A stretch of 64,000 nucleotides of DNA from Dictyostelium discoideum. Its lineage: Eukaryota. Positions 53,005 through 64,000 of this stretch are shown piece after piece. Within the stretch, counting starts at the first letter, position 1. The number at the start of each line of letters is the position of its first letter. Made by a program: the position numbers and the translations under genes. Below the pieces are notes generated by a model. It ran no database searches. It had not been told where the DNA came from and saw only the letters and a program-made list of their open reading frames with translations. The DNA lies in the NCBI GenBank assembly GCA_000004695.1, contig CM000153.2, positions 3,200,001 through 3,264,000 on the forward strand, read 5' to 3'.

Positions 53005-53813
53005 ATGGGTTTAGGTAAAACAGAATGGGAGGATATTCAAATTAAATATGGTAATATGGAAGCGCCACCAAAACAATTAACAGAGGATGAATTATTTGAT
53101 TTAATTAAAGAGGCTGCAGAAATGGCTACAGAAGCAGAAAAGAATGAAAAATTAGAGAATGCATCATTAAAAGATCTTAAGGATATGGAAGATGATGAGG
53201 ATGAAGATGTACTTGAACAATTAAGAAAGAAGAGAATTCAACAAATGAAAGTTGAAGCAGAATTAAATAAATTTGGTGAATTAAAAGAAATCTCTGAACC
53301 ATCTTATAAATCTGAAGTAACTGAATGTAAAGGTGTAATGGTTGTAGTTCATCTTTTTAAAAATGGGTATGATTTAATCATATTATATATATTTAAAACG
53401 TATTTAAAATATATGTATATATCTAACTATAACTATTTTTATAATTATAATATTATTAAGTATTCCTCAATGTCAATTAGTAAATCAACATTTAACAATA
53501 TTAGCAAAGAAATTTAAAGCAACTAAATTTGTAAAGATTAGATCAGAGGAAGCAATTCATAATTATCCAGATAAGAATTTACCAACAATTTTAGTTTATT
53601 TCAATGGTGATATCGTTGGTCAAATCATTACATTAAGAGCAACAGGTGGTGATGCTACAACTGTAAATGATATTGAATGGCAACTTAAACAAGCTCATGC
53701 AATTAAAAGTGATCTTCAAGAAGATCCAAGAATTACTCTTGCAAGAAAGAAATCTCAAAAATCACGTTATTCAAAAGCAGATTCCGATGAATCTGATAAT
53801 TCTGATTCTGATG

Positions 53814-53818
<5 letters not shown>
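53005..53818 (+). CDS. phlp2: Phosducin-like protein, PDCL3/PhLP2 type (thioredoxin-fold), exons 53005-53366 and 53461-53818
   Basis: TEWEDIQIKYG, KFGELKEISEPSYKSEVTECKGVMVVVHLFKNG | IPQCQLVNQHLTILAKKFKATKFVKI...NLPTILVYFNGD align block for block to remembered human PDCL3. GTATGA donor, TATTAAG acceptor. Acidic Ser-rich tail. Confidence 0.75.
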
Positions 53819-53845
<27 letters not shown>

Positions 53846-54593
53846 AATAATAATAATAATAATATTTTTATGCAAAGATATCTATGTATAAATAATAAAA
53901 GTCTCAATTGTAAATAAAATAATAAAATAATAAATAATTTATAGACGCAAATAAACATACCAATTTGGTTGTAAAACTAATTTACAAAATTCATAAAAAT
54001 TTTTATTTTTATTTTTCTATTTTATTTATATTTTTTTAAATTTGACCACAAATATAATTATTAAAGTAATAATTATAATAATAAAAAAAAATCTGTAAAA
54101 AATGATTTGAAAAAAAAAAAAAAAAAAAAAAAAAAATATTGGTTAGTAATTAATAATAATCTACTAGAATAATTCAAATAAATATAAAAAAAAAAAAAAA
54201 AATACTTACCAATATTATTTTTTATTTTTAAAAAATAAAAAATGGAACAAATGAAATTATTTGGCAAAAACTAGTTAACATAAGTAGACTCATTGCTACA
54301 ATTGTTAAAATTAAAAAGGTAAACATTCTTTTATTTATTTTGAAACTTTTTTTTTTTTTTTTTATAATTGGTTTGAATGAAAAATTAAATTATCATTTTC
54401 TTTTAAATAATAGTGAAGTGTAAATAATAGCTAAAATTAAATTATTAACAAAAAAAAAAAAAATTTAAAATAACTTTTTCTTATTTACTTTAAAAGGAAA
54501 TAAAATAGACCAATTACCAATTTAAATTTTAAATTTCAAACTATTAATTATATTGTTTAAACTGTTATTTTCTTTATTTTTTATTTTTTATTA

Positions 54594-54630
<37 letters not shown>

Positions 54631-55041
54631 TAATTAAACAATTGCATAATAAAATATAAGAATTGTTTTTTTAAAAAAACTTTGGAAAATATATCTGTTA
54701 ATATTTATCTTATATTTTAATTTTTTTTATTATTTTTTTTTTTTTTCTTTTTTTTTTTTTTTCTTTTTTTTTTTTTATTTTATAATAAAAAAATAATAAT
54801 ATTCCAAATAGAACTAGTGAATAATATTCCACACTTAAGAATATCTGAAAATTAAAATTTACCATTCAAGTGTGGAATGTGAACCCCACTAGTTACATTT
54901 TACTTTTTAAATTTTTTTTTTTTTTTTTATTTTTTTTTAATTTTTTTATTTTTTTTTTTTTTTTTCATTTTGATCTTTCATTTTTTTTTTTTTTTTTTTT
55001 TAAATTAATTAAAAAATTTTTTTGGTAATAAAATATAGAAA

Positions 55042-55529
55042 ATGTCAGGTATGTAATTGAAATTGTATTACTATTTTAGAATTTTTAAATAAACAGATAA
55101 AAAAATAAAAAATAAAAAATAAAAAAATAAAAAATAAAAAATAAATAAATAAAAATAAAATAAATAAATAATTATAATAATTTTTATAAGATGAAAAAAA
55201 AAAAAAAAAAATTATAATTGTTTCTGAAAGTAATAAAATTCAACAAATATATGGTCACCTTATTAATAATAAAAAAAAAAAAAAAAAAAAAATAAACATA
55301 TAATATATAATGTATCATTGCACTAATCATTTTTCAGGTGCTTTAAAAAATTTAGTTAAATCAGTTATTAAAGTTGGTGAAAAAGTTCCAATGGATGTTA
55401 CTTTAGGTAAAGCACTCCCACCAGTCGATGGTGTTTGTGCAATGGCACCAAAAGTTTTATCAGGTGAACTTTTCAAAGACCGTAAAGTTGTTTTATTCGC
55501 TGTTCCAGGTGCTTTTGTAAGTATTTTTT

Positions 55530-55600
<71 letters not shown>

Positions 55601-56116
55601 TTTTTCCAACTAATAATTTATTCCTTTTTCCATATATTATCGATTCTAATATTATTAGACTCCAACTTGTTCAGCCAAACATTTACCAGGTTTTATTGAA
55701 AAATCAGAAGAAATTAAAAAAAAAGGTATCTCTGAAATCTTTTGTATTGCCACCAGTATGTATTTCATTTTTTTTTTAATAAGAAAATTAATAATATTAA
55801 AAAAAAAAAAAAACCTTTACTAATAATAATAATTATAAAAAAAAAAAAAAAAAAAAAAATAGATGACCCATTTGTTATGAGTGCTTGGGGTAAAGACGTT
55901 AATGCAGGTACTGCAGTTACTTTACTTTCAGATGGTAACTCTGAATTCACTAAAAAGATTGGACTTGAAATGGATGGTAAGGCTTTCTTACTTGGTGAAG
56001 ACAGATCTCAAAGATATGCTATGATCCTTGACTCTGGTGTTGTCAAACATCTTGCAGTTGAAGAAGGTGGTAAATTTGATGTATCATCTGCTGAAGCAAT
56101 CTTAAAACAATTATAA
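55042..56116 (+). CDS. Peroxiredoxin-5-like (Prx5/AhpC-TSA family) thiol peroxidase, 4 exons: 55042-55048, 55338-55516, 55659-55755, 55863-56116
   Basis: VLFAVPGAF | TPTCSAKHLPGFIEKSEEIKKKGISEIFCIAT | NDPFVMSAWGKD...GKAFLLGEDRSQRYAMILDSGVVKHLAVEE matches PRDX5 (peroxidatic Cys in TPTCS). The proposed 7-nt first exon ATGTCAG + GTATGT makes the start MSGALKNLVK. The alternative is the in-frame ATG at 55310 (MYHCTNHFSGAL...). Confidence 0.7.
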
Positions 56117-56331
56117 ACATAAAATCAATCTATAAATAATCAAAAAAGAAAAAAAATAAAAAAATAAAAAATATAAAATTTTAGAAAAAAGTAAATGACT
56201 AACCGCAAATGAAAATTGGATATTTTTTAATGTGAAAAAAAAAAAAGTTTTAATGTTTTTATTTTTTTTTTTTTTATTTTTTCTTTTTTTTTCTTTTTTT
56301 TAATTACTCAACTAAATACATATAAAAAGAA

Positions 56332-57228
56332 ATGAATAATAAAAATTTATTATTAATTATTGTTTTAATAACATTATTAAATTTTGTTAAATCAAGTGAT
56401 TTATCATATAAAAAAGTTCATTTAGTTGATTCAATTGAATTGGCCAATGGTAATACTAATTACTTTTTTAGAGGTAATCAACCAACACAAACATTATCAA
56501 ATGGAACTAAGATTTTCCCATATGATGAATTGGTAGAATTTTTAAGAAATAGTTCATTATCAGAGTTTGGTGTTAAATTACCAGAACAATTTTATATTAT
56601 CGATATTAAATTAATCAGTGGTCCATTACCAAGTGAATTACCAGATTTAGAATTGGAACAAAACTTTTTTGCAGCAAATCCAACACTTGGTGAATCTCGT
56701 ACAAATCAAACTTGGGGTGATATAATTGATCCACAGTTAGTTCCTCAAGATAAATTGGAAGAATATGCATCAACCATTTCAAGTTGGTCTGCTGATAAAT
56801 TACCACAAAGAATGAGAGATTATCATAATATTCTTTTAACTGAACGTGAACTTCCAACTGTTTTATATGTTCATTGGTAAAATATATTTTAATTTTATTA
56901 CTTTTTTCAATATTACTTTTAGTAAATATGTATATTTGTATATATAAAAACTAAACTAATATTTATGTTTAATAATAATAATAATAGTGAATGTGGATGT
57001 GATAGAACAGGTGAAGTTATGGCTTCATATGTTATGAAATTTAAAGGATGGGATTTACCAAAAGCATTAGAATGGGATTTTGCAATTGCTGGTAGAGATA
57101 TTAATTTTTCAAATCGTTGGAGTGCCCAATGGTATTGTTTATACCTTAATTATGTTGAAAACTATAAACTTGATTGTAACCAACCAACTCCACCACCAAA
57201 ATCTTTGATTTCAATTAATAACTATTAA
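56332..57228 (+). CDS. Putative secreted protein-tyrosine/dual-specificity phosphatase-like protein (CX5R active site), exons 56332-56876 and 56988-57228
   Basis: N-terminal signal peptide MNNKNLLLIIVLITLLNFVKSS. The splice GTAAAA...AATAATAG joins ...VLYVH-C-ECGCDRTGEV, giving H-C-x-x-G-x-x-R-T-G, the PTP P-loop. Both parts are in frame. Confidence 0.6.
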
Positions 57229-57354
57229 TTATAATAAATCTTTTTTTTAAAAAAAAAAAAACTAGTATTATGTATAAAAAGAAAAAAAAAAAAAGAAAAA
57301 AAATACTAGTATTATTGTTATAATTTATTTATTATTTATTTATTTATATATTAC

Positions 57355-58532
57355 TTAAATTTGCTTTGATTTTGATTTCAGATCTTTTAAATCATTTGTA
57401 TTTAAAATAAGATTTGATTTTACAAAATCAGAAGACCAAGAAAGTAATCCAAATACTACTAAAAATATTAAAGCTGAAGTAATAAATTTTGAATTGAAAA
57501 GATTTAATTCACTATCTTTGTTATTTTGTACTTGGATTGATGTTGGTTTCTCTGTAATTCTATATGAAATTTGTTTAGTTTTTGGTGTTTGTTTTTTTAC
57601 ATTATCGTTGTTATTATTATTATTATTATTATTTACAGTAGTTTCATCTTTTTCTACTTTTTCATCTTTTTGTTTTTCATTTACAATTGTTGAAGGAGTT
57701 AAATCAGCTCTCATTACAGAACCAAAAAAGTCTGTAACAGGAACTTGATCTAATGGTCTATTGAATAAATCTGTCCTATATTCACTATGTGATTGTAATT
57801 TTTGTGGACTATATGTATTGAACAATTGATATAATGTTACATTATGTGGGTCAACACTTTCAAAGAATTCCAATGTATAATATGTAAATCTATCAATAAC
57901 TGCAACCCCTAATTCTGGATCTGAATGATGCTATTTATAAATAAATATATATTAAATATCAACAATTAGTATTTTTTTATTTTATATAGATTTGATTTGA
58001 TTTGAAAAAAAAAAAAAAAAAAAAAAAACCAAATTAAATTTAACAAACTTACAGAATAACTATTTTCACCAAATTTACTTGAACCAATTGCTAAAATATT
58101 TGGAGAATTAAAACGAGTATATAATGTATTAGCTTGACAAGTATCAACCATGAATAAAATTTCATGATATCTTTTCTTTTCCCACATTTGTTTGAAAGCA
58201 TCAGCTAAATCATGACTTGAAATCTCTTCATTATCTTGAAATTTTAAAAATTCATCACCACCATGACCAGTTAAGAAAATTAAAATATTACTTTTATCAT
58301 CTGTCAATAATCTCTTTGAACGTGCTACCTCTGGTTCATGTCTACCAGTTAACACTCTAATGAAATTTTCAACATTAACTTCATATCCTCTATAGTCAAC
58401 TTCAATATTATCACCATATAAATTCAATTTATGATTTTCATTATTGAATATACTACCAGCATATGAATTTCTAGGATTACATGCCATATCATCTGCTAAC
58501 ATTAATATAACTATATATAAAATAAAATAAAA

Positions 58533-58564
<32 letters not shown>

Positions 58565-58935
58565 AATAAATTGTTATATATTTATTAATATGTGAATATA
58601 TTTGTTTATGTATTGTTGTTATACATACTTTGTGAATCAGGTATACCTAATTTCTTAACAGTTCTATAAAAACCTAATACATTTGCTATATGTCTATAGT
58701 TAAACCAAAATCTTGATGTGCAAACTAAAAGTGCCCAATTATTTGTATGTTCACCTCTGAAAAAATGTTCAACATTATAATCCGCTTTACCATTACCACC
58801 ATTATAAAAGTTTGTTTTTGGTTGTTCATATCCCATCGCCCCACCATTTGAAATTGCATCTTCAATACCACCTATATATAAAACTAATATTGCATATAAA
58901 AATACAAGATAAAATCTAAATGTCGTTTTTTTCAT
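57355..58935 (-). CDS. GPI-anchor transamidase catalytic subunit GPI8/PIG-K (C13 peptidase), 3 exons: 58935-58629, 58510-58053, 57930-57355
   Basis: [37 protein letters not shown] | [15 protein letters not shown]...[28 protein letters not shown]...[18 protein letters not shown]...[11 protein letters not shown] | [24 protein letters not shown] align throughout to remembered human PIGK. C-terminal TM segment [28 protein letters not shown] donors, TATATAG/AAATAG acceptors. Confidence 0.88.
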
Positions 58936-59250
58936 CTTTTATTTCTTTATTGTTGTGTGTATATATATAAATAAAAATAAATTAAAATTAAATTAAAAAA
59001 TGAAAAAATAAAAAAAATAAAAAAATTCATTTTTTCAATATTTTTTTTTTTTTTATTTTCAAAAAAAAAGAATTAAAATTAAAAAAAAAAAAAAAAAAAA
59101 AGAAAAAAAGGAAACATATAGTCCTTGGAAAATAAAAATAAAAACTAAAAAAAGAAAAAAATTAAAATTTTATATCTTTTTTAAATAAAAGAAGTTTTTT
59201 ATTTATTTATTACATATTAATGTTACCATATTTTCTTGGTGTTGGCAAAA

Positions 59251-59286
<36 letters not shown>

Positions 59287-59647
59287 GAAAACTTTTTTGT
59301 TTTTTTTTTGTAATAAAAAAAGAAGATGGAAGGAGTTGGAAAACATTATATTGATATAATAAAATAAAAAAAAATAATAAACCATTATAACTAAAATTTT
59401 TTGTTACAATGAGCAATAGTGTAATTTAATACAATATCGCTATTATTTGTGATAAGTAACTAATCACTAAATTATAATATCAGTGTAATATTATTGATCT
59501 TTTTTTTTTTTTTTCAATATCTTTTAAATACACTTGAAATTTTTGTTTGTTTTTTTTTTTTTTCCTTTTTTTCCTATTTTTTTTTTTTTTTTTTTTGTTT
59601 TTTGCTTTTTTTTGATAAATATTTACACGAATTTTAAAATACAAATT

Positions 59648-61800
59648 TTAACCATCAATATAATGAAATTCTTCAGCCCCACCACCTTGTTTTTGTAAAT
59701 TTAAAGTTGAAAATGATAAAGTTAATAAACCTAAATTATTTGTACTTCCATTATTAAGAGTATTATTATTATTATTAAAATTATTTGAAACACTATTATC
59801 ACTAATACATTTTAAAGGAGGTACATATGTATTTGAAATTGGAACATTTGCTTCTAAGAAATCTAAAATAAAACTAAAGGAAGGTCTTTCTTCAGGTGAT
59901 TTTTTCCAACACATTTCAATTAATTTTCCAAGATTTTCCCACATTGGATCCATTGGTTGAGGCATTGGTGGTCTATAATTTTCATAAGCTGCCAAATGAG
60001 CCATTTTCAAAGGTTGTAAATTTTGATTTGGTTGTTCACCAGTTATAATACACCAAACCAATAAACCAAATGAATAGACATCAGCCTTTGGTGTATAAAG
60101 TTCACCAATGAATACTTCTGGTGCTTGATAGCAAAGATGACCAACGGTTGAAGTCATTTCAAAGCCTTGCTCCTTACTCAAGCCAAAATCAGCCACTTTT
60201 GCAATGGTTAAACTTTCATCCAATAAGATATTCTTTGTTGATAAATCTCTATGAAGTATTGGATTTGGTTTCCAATCATGTAGATAAAACATGCCACGTG
60301 CTATTGAGATTGCCATATTCCAAGCCAATATTGGATTTTGTTTAATTAAAAAGTAACGATCAGTCAATAACCTATCCAAACTACCACCACCCATATACTC
60401 TGTAACTATACCATTCAAATTGGTTTCACTACAAACACCCAAGAATTGAAGTACATTTGGGTGTCTTAGAATACTTAGAATTGCGACTTCCTTTAGGAAC
60501 ACATTCTCCTCTTTATTTCCATCAGTATTTCTAAATGAATTTCTATGTAAAATTTTCACTGCAACCACAGCACCCTTCCAAACAGCCTTTCTAACCTCTC
60601 CAAAATAACCCTCACCTATGACTTGACCAAATTTAAACTCGTTGAATCTAATGTAAAATGCTGACAATTGCAATGCTGTAGTTGCACCCTCACCACTTGT
60701 ACTAATTGATTCTCTACCAAATAAACTTGTATACTCTTGGAAATTAGTTAACAATGGTAAAAACTCACCTCTTGCTCTTAACAAATTTGTATCGTTACCA
60801 CAAGTTCTAAATAACAATGGTCCATATGAGAATGAATAAATAATTGCAGCAATACCTAAAAAACAATAACCAGCATCAACATCCAATATATTCAATAATG
60901 CACCAACTGATGAAATACAATTATATCCCATCAAAAACAATAACCATATTCTACCTGTTGGTCTTAAAAATGATCTCTTTATTGTCATACCTAAAACTAT
61001 CGTATAAACTACCAATGATGCAACTGTAATCGCTAATGATGTATATTCATCTTGAAACATAAATGTTTGACAATCATTTTTTTTACACATTGTTTGATCA
61101 TCAAAAAATGATGCCAACTAAAATAATAAATTTATATTAATATTTATTTTATAATTAATAAATATATTATAATATATGTATATATACAACTTACAGTAGT
61201 ACAACAAATAATTAAATATAATAAAGTACAAGAATAAAATGAACGTCTTGCAGAGAATCTATCATCTTCTTTACCATATAGGAAAACTAATACCCAATTA
61301 TCAGTGACAATATGACCTGTACCAACGATAATTACGAATGCTGGATATGCTAAAGAATTTGGTGGTAAAAATAATAGTAATAAACCTTCGAATGCTAACC
61401 ATAAACTAACGAATAATGTATACTTGAAATAAGTTGAATTTATAATTCTTGGATGATCAATTGATATACCGAAATTCTTATCCCATAGTGTATCTTGTGA
61501 TATTTTTACACCACTTCTATTTAACCCATTTGAACTATTAATTGATATAATGTCATTATTCGATGAACCATTCCCATTTCCATTACCATTATTATTATTG
61601 CTACTCTTTTGTAAATATGTATAACTACGTTGAAGTCGGAATAAAAGATAAAGTGCTGAAAATATATATCCTAATGCCATAGAATCAACCATTGTGTTAA
61701 ACATAATTGCACCATCTCCTTCACCTGCTAATGGTATTGATCGATTGAATAAATATGTACAAAACCCACATTGATTAATTGAAACACATGATGTGTCCAT
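59648..61800 (-). CDS. Seven-transmembrane-domain + TKL-group protein kinase fusion, exons 61800-61195 and 61117-59648
   Basis: Exon 1 and the first part of exon 2 contain seven hydrophobic helices: ALGYIFSALYLLF, YTLFVSLWLAFEGLLLLFL, AYPAFVIIVGTGHIV, TLLYLIICCTT, LAITVASLVVYTIVLGMTI, IWLLFLMGYNCISSVGALLNI and YCFLGIAAIIYSFSYGPLLF. A complete kinase domain follows (GEGYFGEVRKAVWKG...VAVK, HRDLSTKNILLD, DFGLS, APEV). GTAAGT donor at 61194, TTATTTTAG acceptor, phase 0. The ORF track's 'M' at 61117 is a TTG inside the exon. Confidence 0.75.
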
Positions 61801-62045
61801 CTTTGTTTGATTTTGTTTTTGTTTTCGTTTTTTTTTTTTTTGTTTTTCTTTTTTTCTTTTTTCTGTTTTGTATTTGTTTAATTTTTTTTTTTTTTTTTTT
61901 TTTTATACTGGGGGTTTTTAAAAAAAAAAATAAAGAAAAAGTGGGGAATAAAAAAAAAAAAAAATAAATAAAATAAAAAAAAACTTAAAATAAAAAAGGT
62001 GTTTTAATTTATTTTATTTTATTTTGATTATCTATTTTTTTATTA

Positions 62046-62081
<36 letters not shown>

Positions 62082-62128
62082 TATTATTGTTAATTATAAA
62101 TTTAATTTGATTATTTTTGTTATTATAA

Positions 62129-62129
<1 letters not shown>

Positions 62130-62203
<74 letters not shown>

Positions 62204-62215
62204 GTTATTATTAAT
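62130..62215. repeat. (ATT)n trinucleotide microsatellite in intergenic DNA
   Basis: attattattatt... for about 85 nt with one interruption. Confidence 0.9.
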
Positions 62216-62922
62216 TTGGTTTTACAATTATTGTTAATATATTATTATTATTATAATTATTAATTAAGTTACTTGTCACTCAAACCGCTTTGAGGTTTTT
62301 TTTTTTTATTATTTTTTTTTTTTTTTTTTTTTTTTTTTGAATTTTTGGTTTTGAATTTTGAGTTGAAAAGGGTTCCAACTTATTTTTTTTTTTTTTTTTT
62401 TTTTTTTTTTATTTTTATTTTTTTTTTTTTTTTTATTTATTTATTTTTGTTTTGTTTTTCTTTTTTTTTTTTTTTTTTTTTTCAAACATTAAATGAGTTT
62501 GGATTTAAATTATTTGTTTATTTTTTTAATTTAAATTTTATTTTTTTTAAAAAAAAAAAATTTCTAATAACCAGAGAAATTATAATTTAGTTTTGAAGAT
62601 TTAATCAAAAGGAAAAAAAAAAAAATAAAAAATAAAAAAACAGGTGAACGAAACTGGTGCCAAAAAAAAAAAATTTTTTTTAATTTTTATTTTTTTAATT
62701 GTTTATTTTTTTTGCCCATCTGGCATTACCCACTATTTTTACAAATAATTTAATATTGACTCAAAATGGAAATGATCTTTTTTTTTTTTTTTTTTTTTTT
62801 TAAAATTATTCTATTTTTATTTTTTATTTTTTTTTTTTTAAAATTATTCTATTTTTATTTTTTTATTTTTTTTTTTTGGATTTTTTATTTTTAAGTTTTT
62901 TTTTTTTTTTTTTTTTTTTTGG

Positions 62923-62961
<39 letters not shown>

Positions 62962-63031
62962 TTATTATTGTTATTATTAATTGAATTGAATTGAATTGAA
63001 TTAAATTAAATTAAATAAATATTTAAATATT

Positions 63032-64000
63032 TTATCTGAAATCATTTGTACCACCACTACGTTTACCAGAGAATAAATGTTTTGGCATGAGATTGTAAAC
63101 GTGACGATCGGATTCACCTTTTCTACCATCTTGATTTCTCTTCTTACGAGAACGTTTATCGAGTTTATCAGCTTTTTCTTTTTGAGCCAAATCATGGAAA
63201 CCTTCACCTGGAGCAGGAGAAGCGATTCTGGTGGTAGAACGTTGACGTGATTTTGAACGATTGAGAGAGAGACCTCTTTCTTCAGAGGTTGGAGCTTGAG
63301 AGTCTGAACGTGAGGCTGAACGAGAACGTTTCTTACCAGAGATACGAGACTTGGAATGATCACGTACACTTTGGATGATATCACCGATTTCATCATCTTC
63401 ATGATGCATAGATTTCAAATGAGAAGCCATCTCTTTAGTATCGATACCTCTACGACCTTTGGATAATTGTGGTTTTGAAGAGTCTTTAATTTGATGATTG
63501 ATACGAAGTTCGTGTTTCTTCTCTTGGATTTCGTCATAGAGTGCTTCGTTCTCTTCATCGAGATCAGATTCTTCATCGTCTTCGGCATTCTTTAACTCTT
63601 CGAGGAAAGCTTCTTCTTCCATCTCCAATTCCTCCAAACGTTTGAGGATATCAGGATCGACGAAATCAGCAATGTTTTGACCATTGATAATCTCTGGTAC
63701 GATATCGAATTTCCATTCATCATTCTTGAGGAGATATTTCTTCTTCCAAGCGTTGACATCATAGATTGGAATGATACCTTGGGCGTATTTCTCGTCGTTT
63801 TCATGTTCTTCAATCATTTCCATCATTGCAGCTGTGAGTGTTGGTTTCTTGTAATCGGATTCCTCGTCCATATCAGCTTGACGAGCTGCAGCAATTACAG
63901 ATTCTGGAATACATGGTGCACGTACTTTCTTATCTCTTGCTTGTGGTTGAGCTAAATGAAGTCTATGAATCTCCTTTTCAATACGAGTTGATTTCAATTT
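63032..64000 (-). CDS. nog1: Nucleolar GTP-binding protein 1 (NOG1/GTPBP4), C-terminal part only; CDS continues beyond the window end
   Basis: IHRLHLAQPQARDKKVRAPCIPESVIAAAR, NDEWKFDIVPEIINGQNIADFVDPDILKRLEELEMEEE and the C-terminus GRKGESDRHVYNLMPKHLFSGKRSGG match remembered human GTPBP4 ([54 protein letters not shown]). The reading frame is open to position 64000. Confidence 0.85.
   Translation of the reverse strand, partial: KLKSTRIEKEIHRLHLAQPQARDKKVRAPCIPESVIAAARQADMDEESDYKKPTLTAAMMEMIEEHENDEKYAQGIIPIYDVNAWKKKYLLKNDEWKFDIVPEIINGQNIADFVDPDILKRLEELEMEEEAFLEELKNAEDDEESDLDEENEALYDEIQEKKHELRINHQIKDSSKPQLSKGRRGIDTKEMASHLKSMHHEDDEIGDIIQSVRDHSKSRISGKKRSRSASRSDSQAPTSEERGLSLNRSKSRQRSTTRIASPAPGEGFHDLAQKEKADKLDKRSRKKRNQDGRKGESDRHVYNLMPKHLFSGKRSGGTNDFR

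Noticed and set aside
57966-58100. C-terminal extension ...[28 protein letters not shown] of ORF 57966-58502
   Set aside because: Intron read-through past the GTAAGT donor at 58052. GPI8 homology resumes at 57930 after an AAATAG acceptor.
63001-63955. ORFs 63001-63402(-), 63592-63813(-), 63677-63955(+) overlapping the NOG1 C-terminus
   Set aside because: Alternative frames. The NOG1 frame is the only one with homology and it spans the whole interval.

Overview
This window reads as nuclear DNA of a dictyostelid social amoeba, with Dictyostelium discoideum-type organisation. It is not a prokaryotic segment. The evidence is extreme AT-richness outside exons, long poly-A/T tracts between genes, poly-N/poly-Q coding microsatellites ((AAT)n, (CAA)n), and short AT-rich introns of about 70-290 bp with GTAAGT/GTATGT donors and (T)nAG / AAATAG acceptors. 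Several genes have a first exon of only 3-14 nt. The window is gene-dense, with about 30 protein-coding genes on both strands, most with 1-4 introns. The supplied ORF track fragments these genes. It also appears to accept TTG as a start codon: two 'M' starts, at 25359 and 61117, are TTG in the sequence. I rebuilt the exon structures by hand. Every splice coordinate is a by-eye inference with an uncertainty of about ±1-3 nt.

Confident calls:
- DNA polymerase delta catalytic subunit (4 exons).
- Cytoplasmic leucyl-tRNA synthetase (start codon immediately followed by an intron).
- Nup85 nucleoporin (5 exons, with an N/FG-rich N-terminal extension).
- Exosome subunit Csl4.
- DIS3L2-like RNB exoribonuclease with giant polyQ/polyN tracts.
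- TatD DNase.
- PPP1R21 homologue (KLRAQ/TTKRSYEDQ domains).
- TMEM53/DUF829 protein.
- A dual-specificity phosphatase.
- A Rho/Rac GTPase with a long tail.
- An FKBP carrying a signal peptide and a C-terminal TM segment.
- A PDCL3-type phosducin-like protein.
- Peroxiredoxin-5.
- GPI transamidase GPI8/PIG-K.
- The NOG1 C-terminus, truncated at the window edge.

Less usual content:
- A tandem/inverted cluster of three small HssA-like Cys/Pro-rich genes.
- An Mrr-like PD-(D/E)xK nuclease with a transmembrane tail.
- A PepSY-TM-like membrane protein.
- A 7TM + TKL kinase fusion.
- A START + F-box + WD40 protein.
- A secreted CX5R phosphatase.
- A segmental duplication that created an FKBP pseudogene next to an anomalous GC-rich island.
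- A few non-coding hairpin and G-rich motifs.

I found no CRISPR array, tRNA gene or rRNA gene, and nothing resembling a prokaryotic defence or metabolic island.
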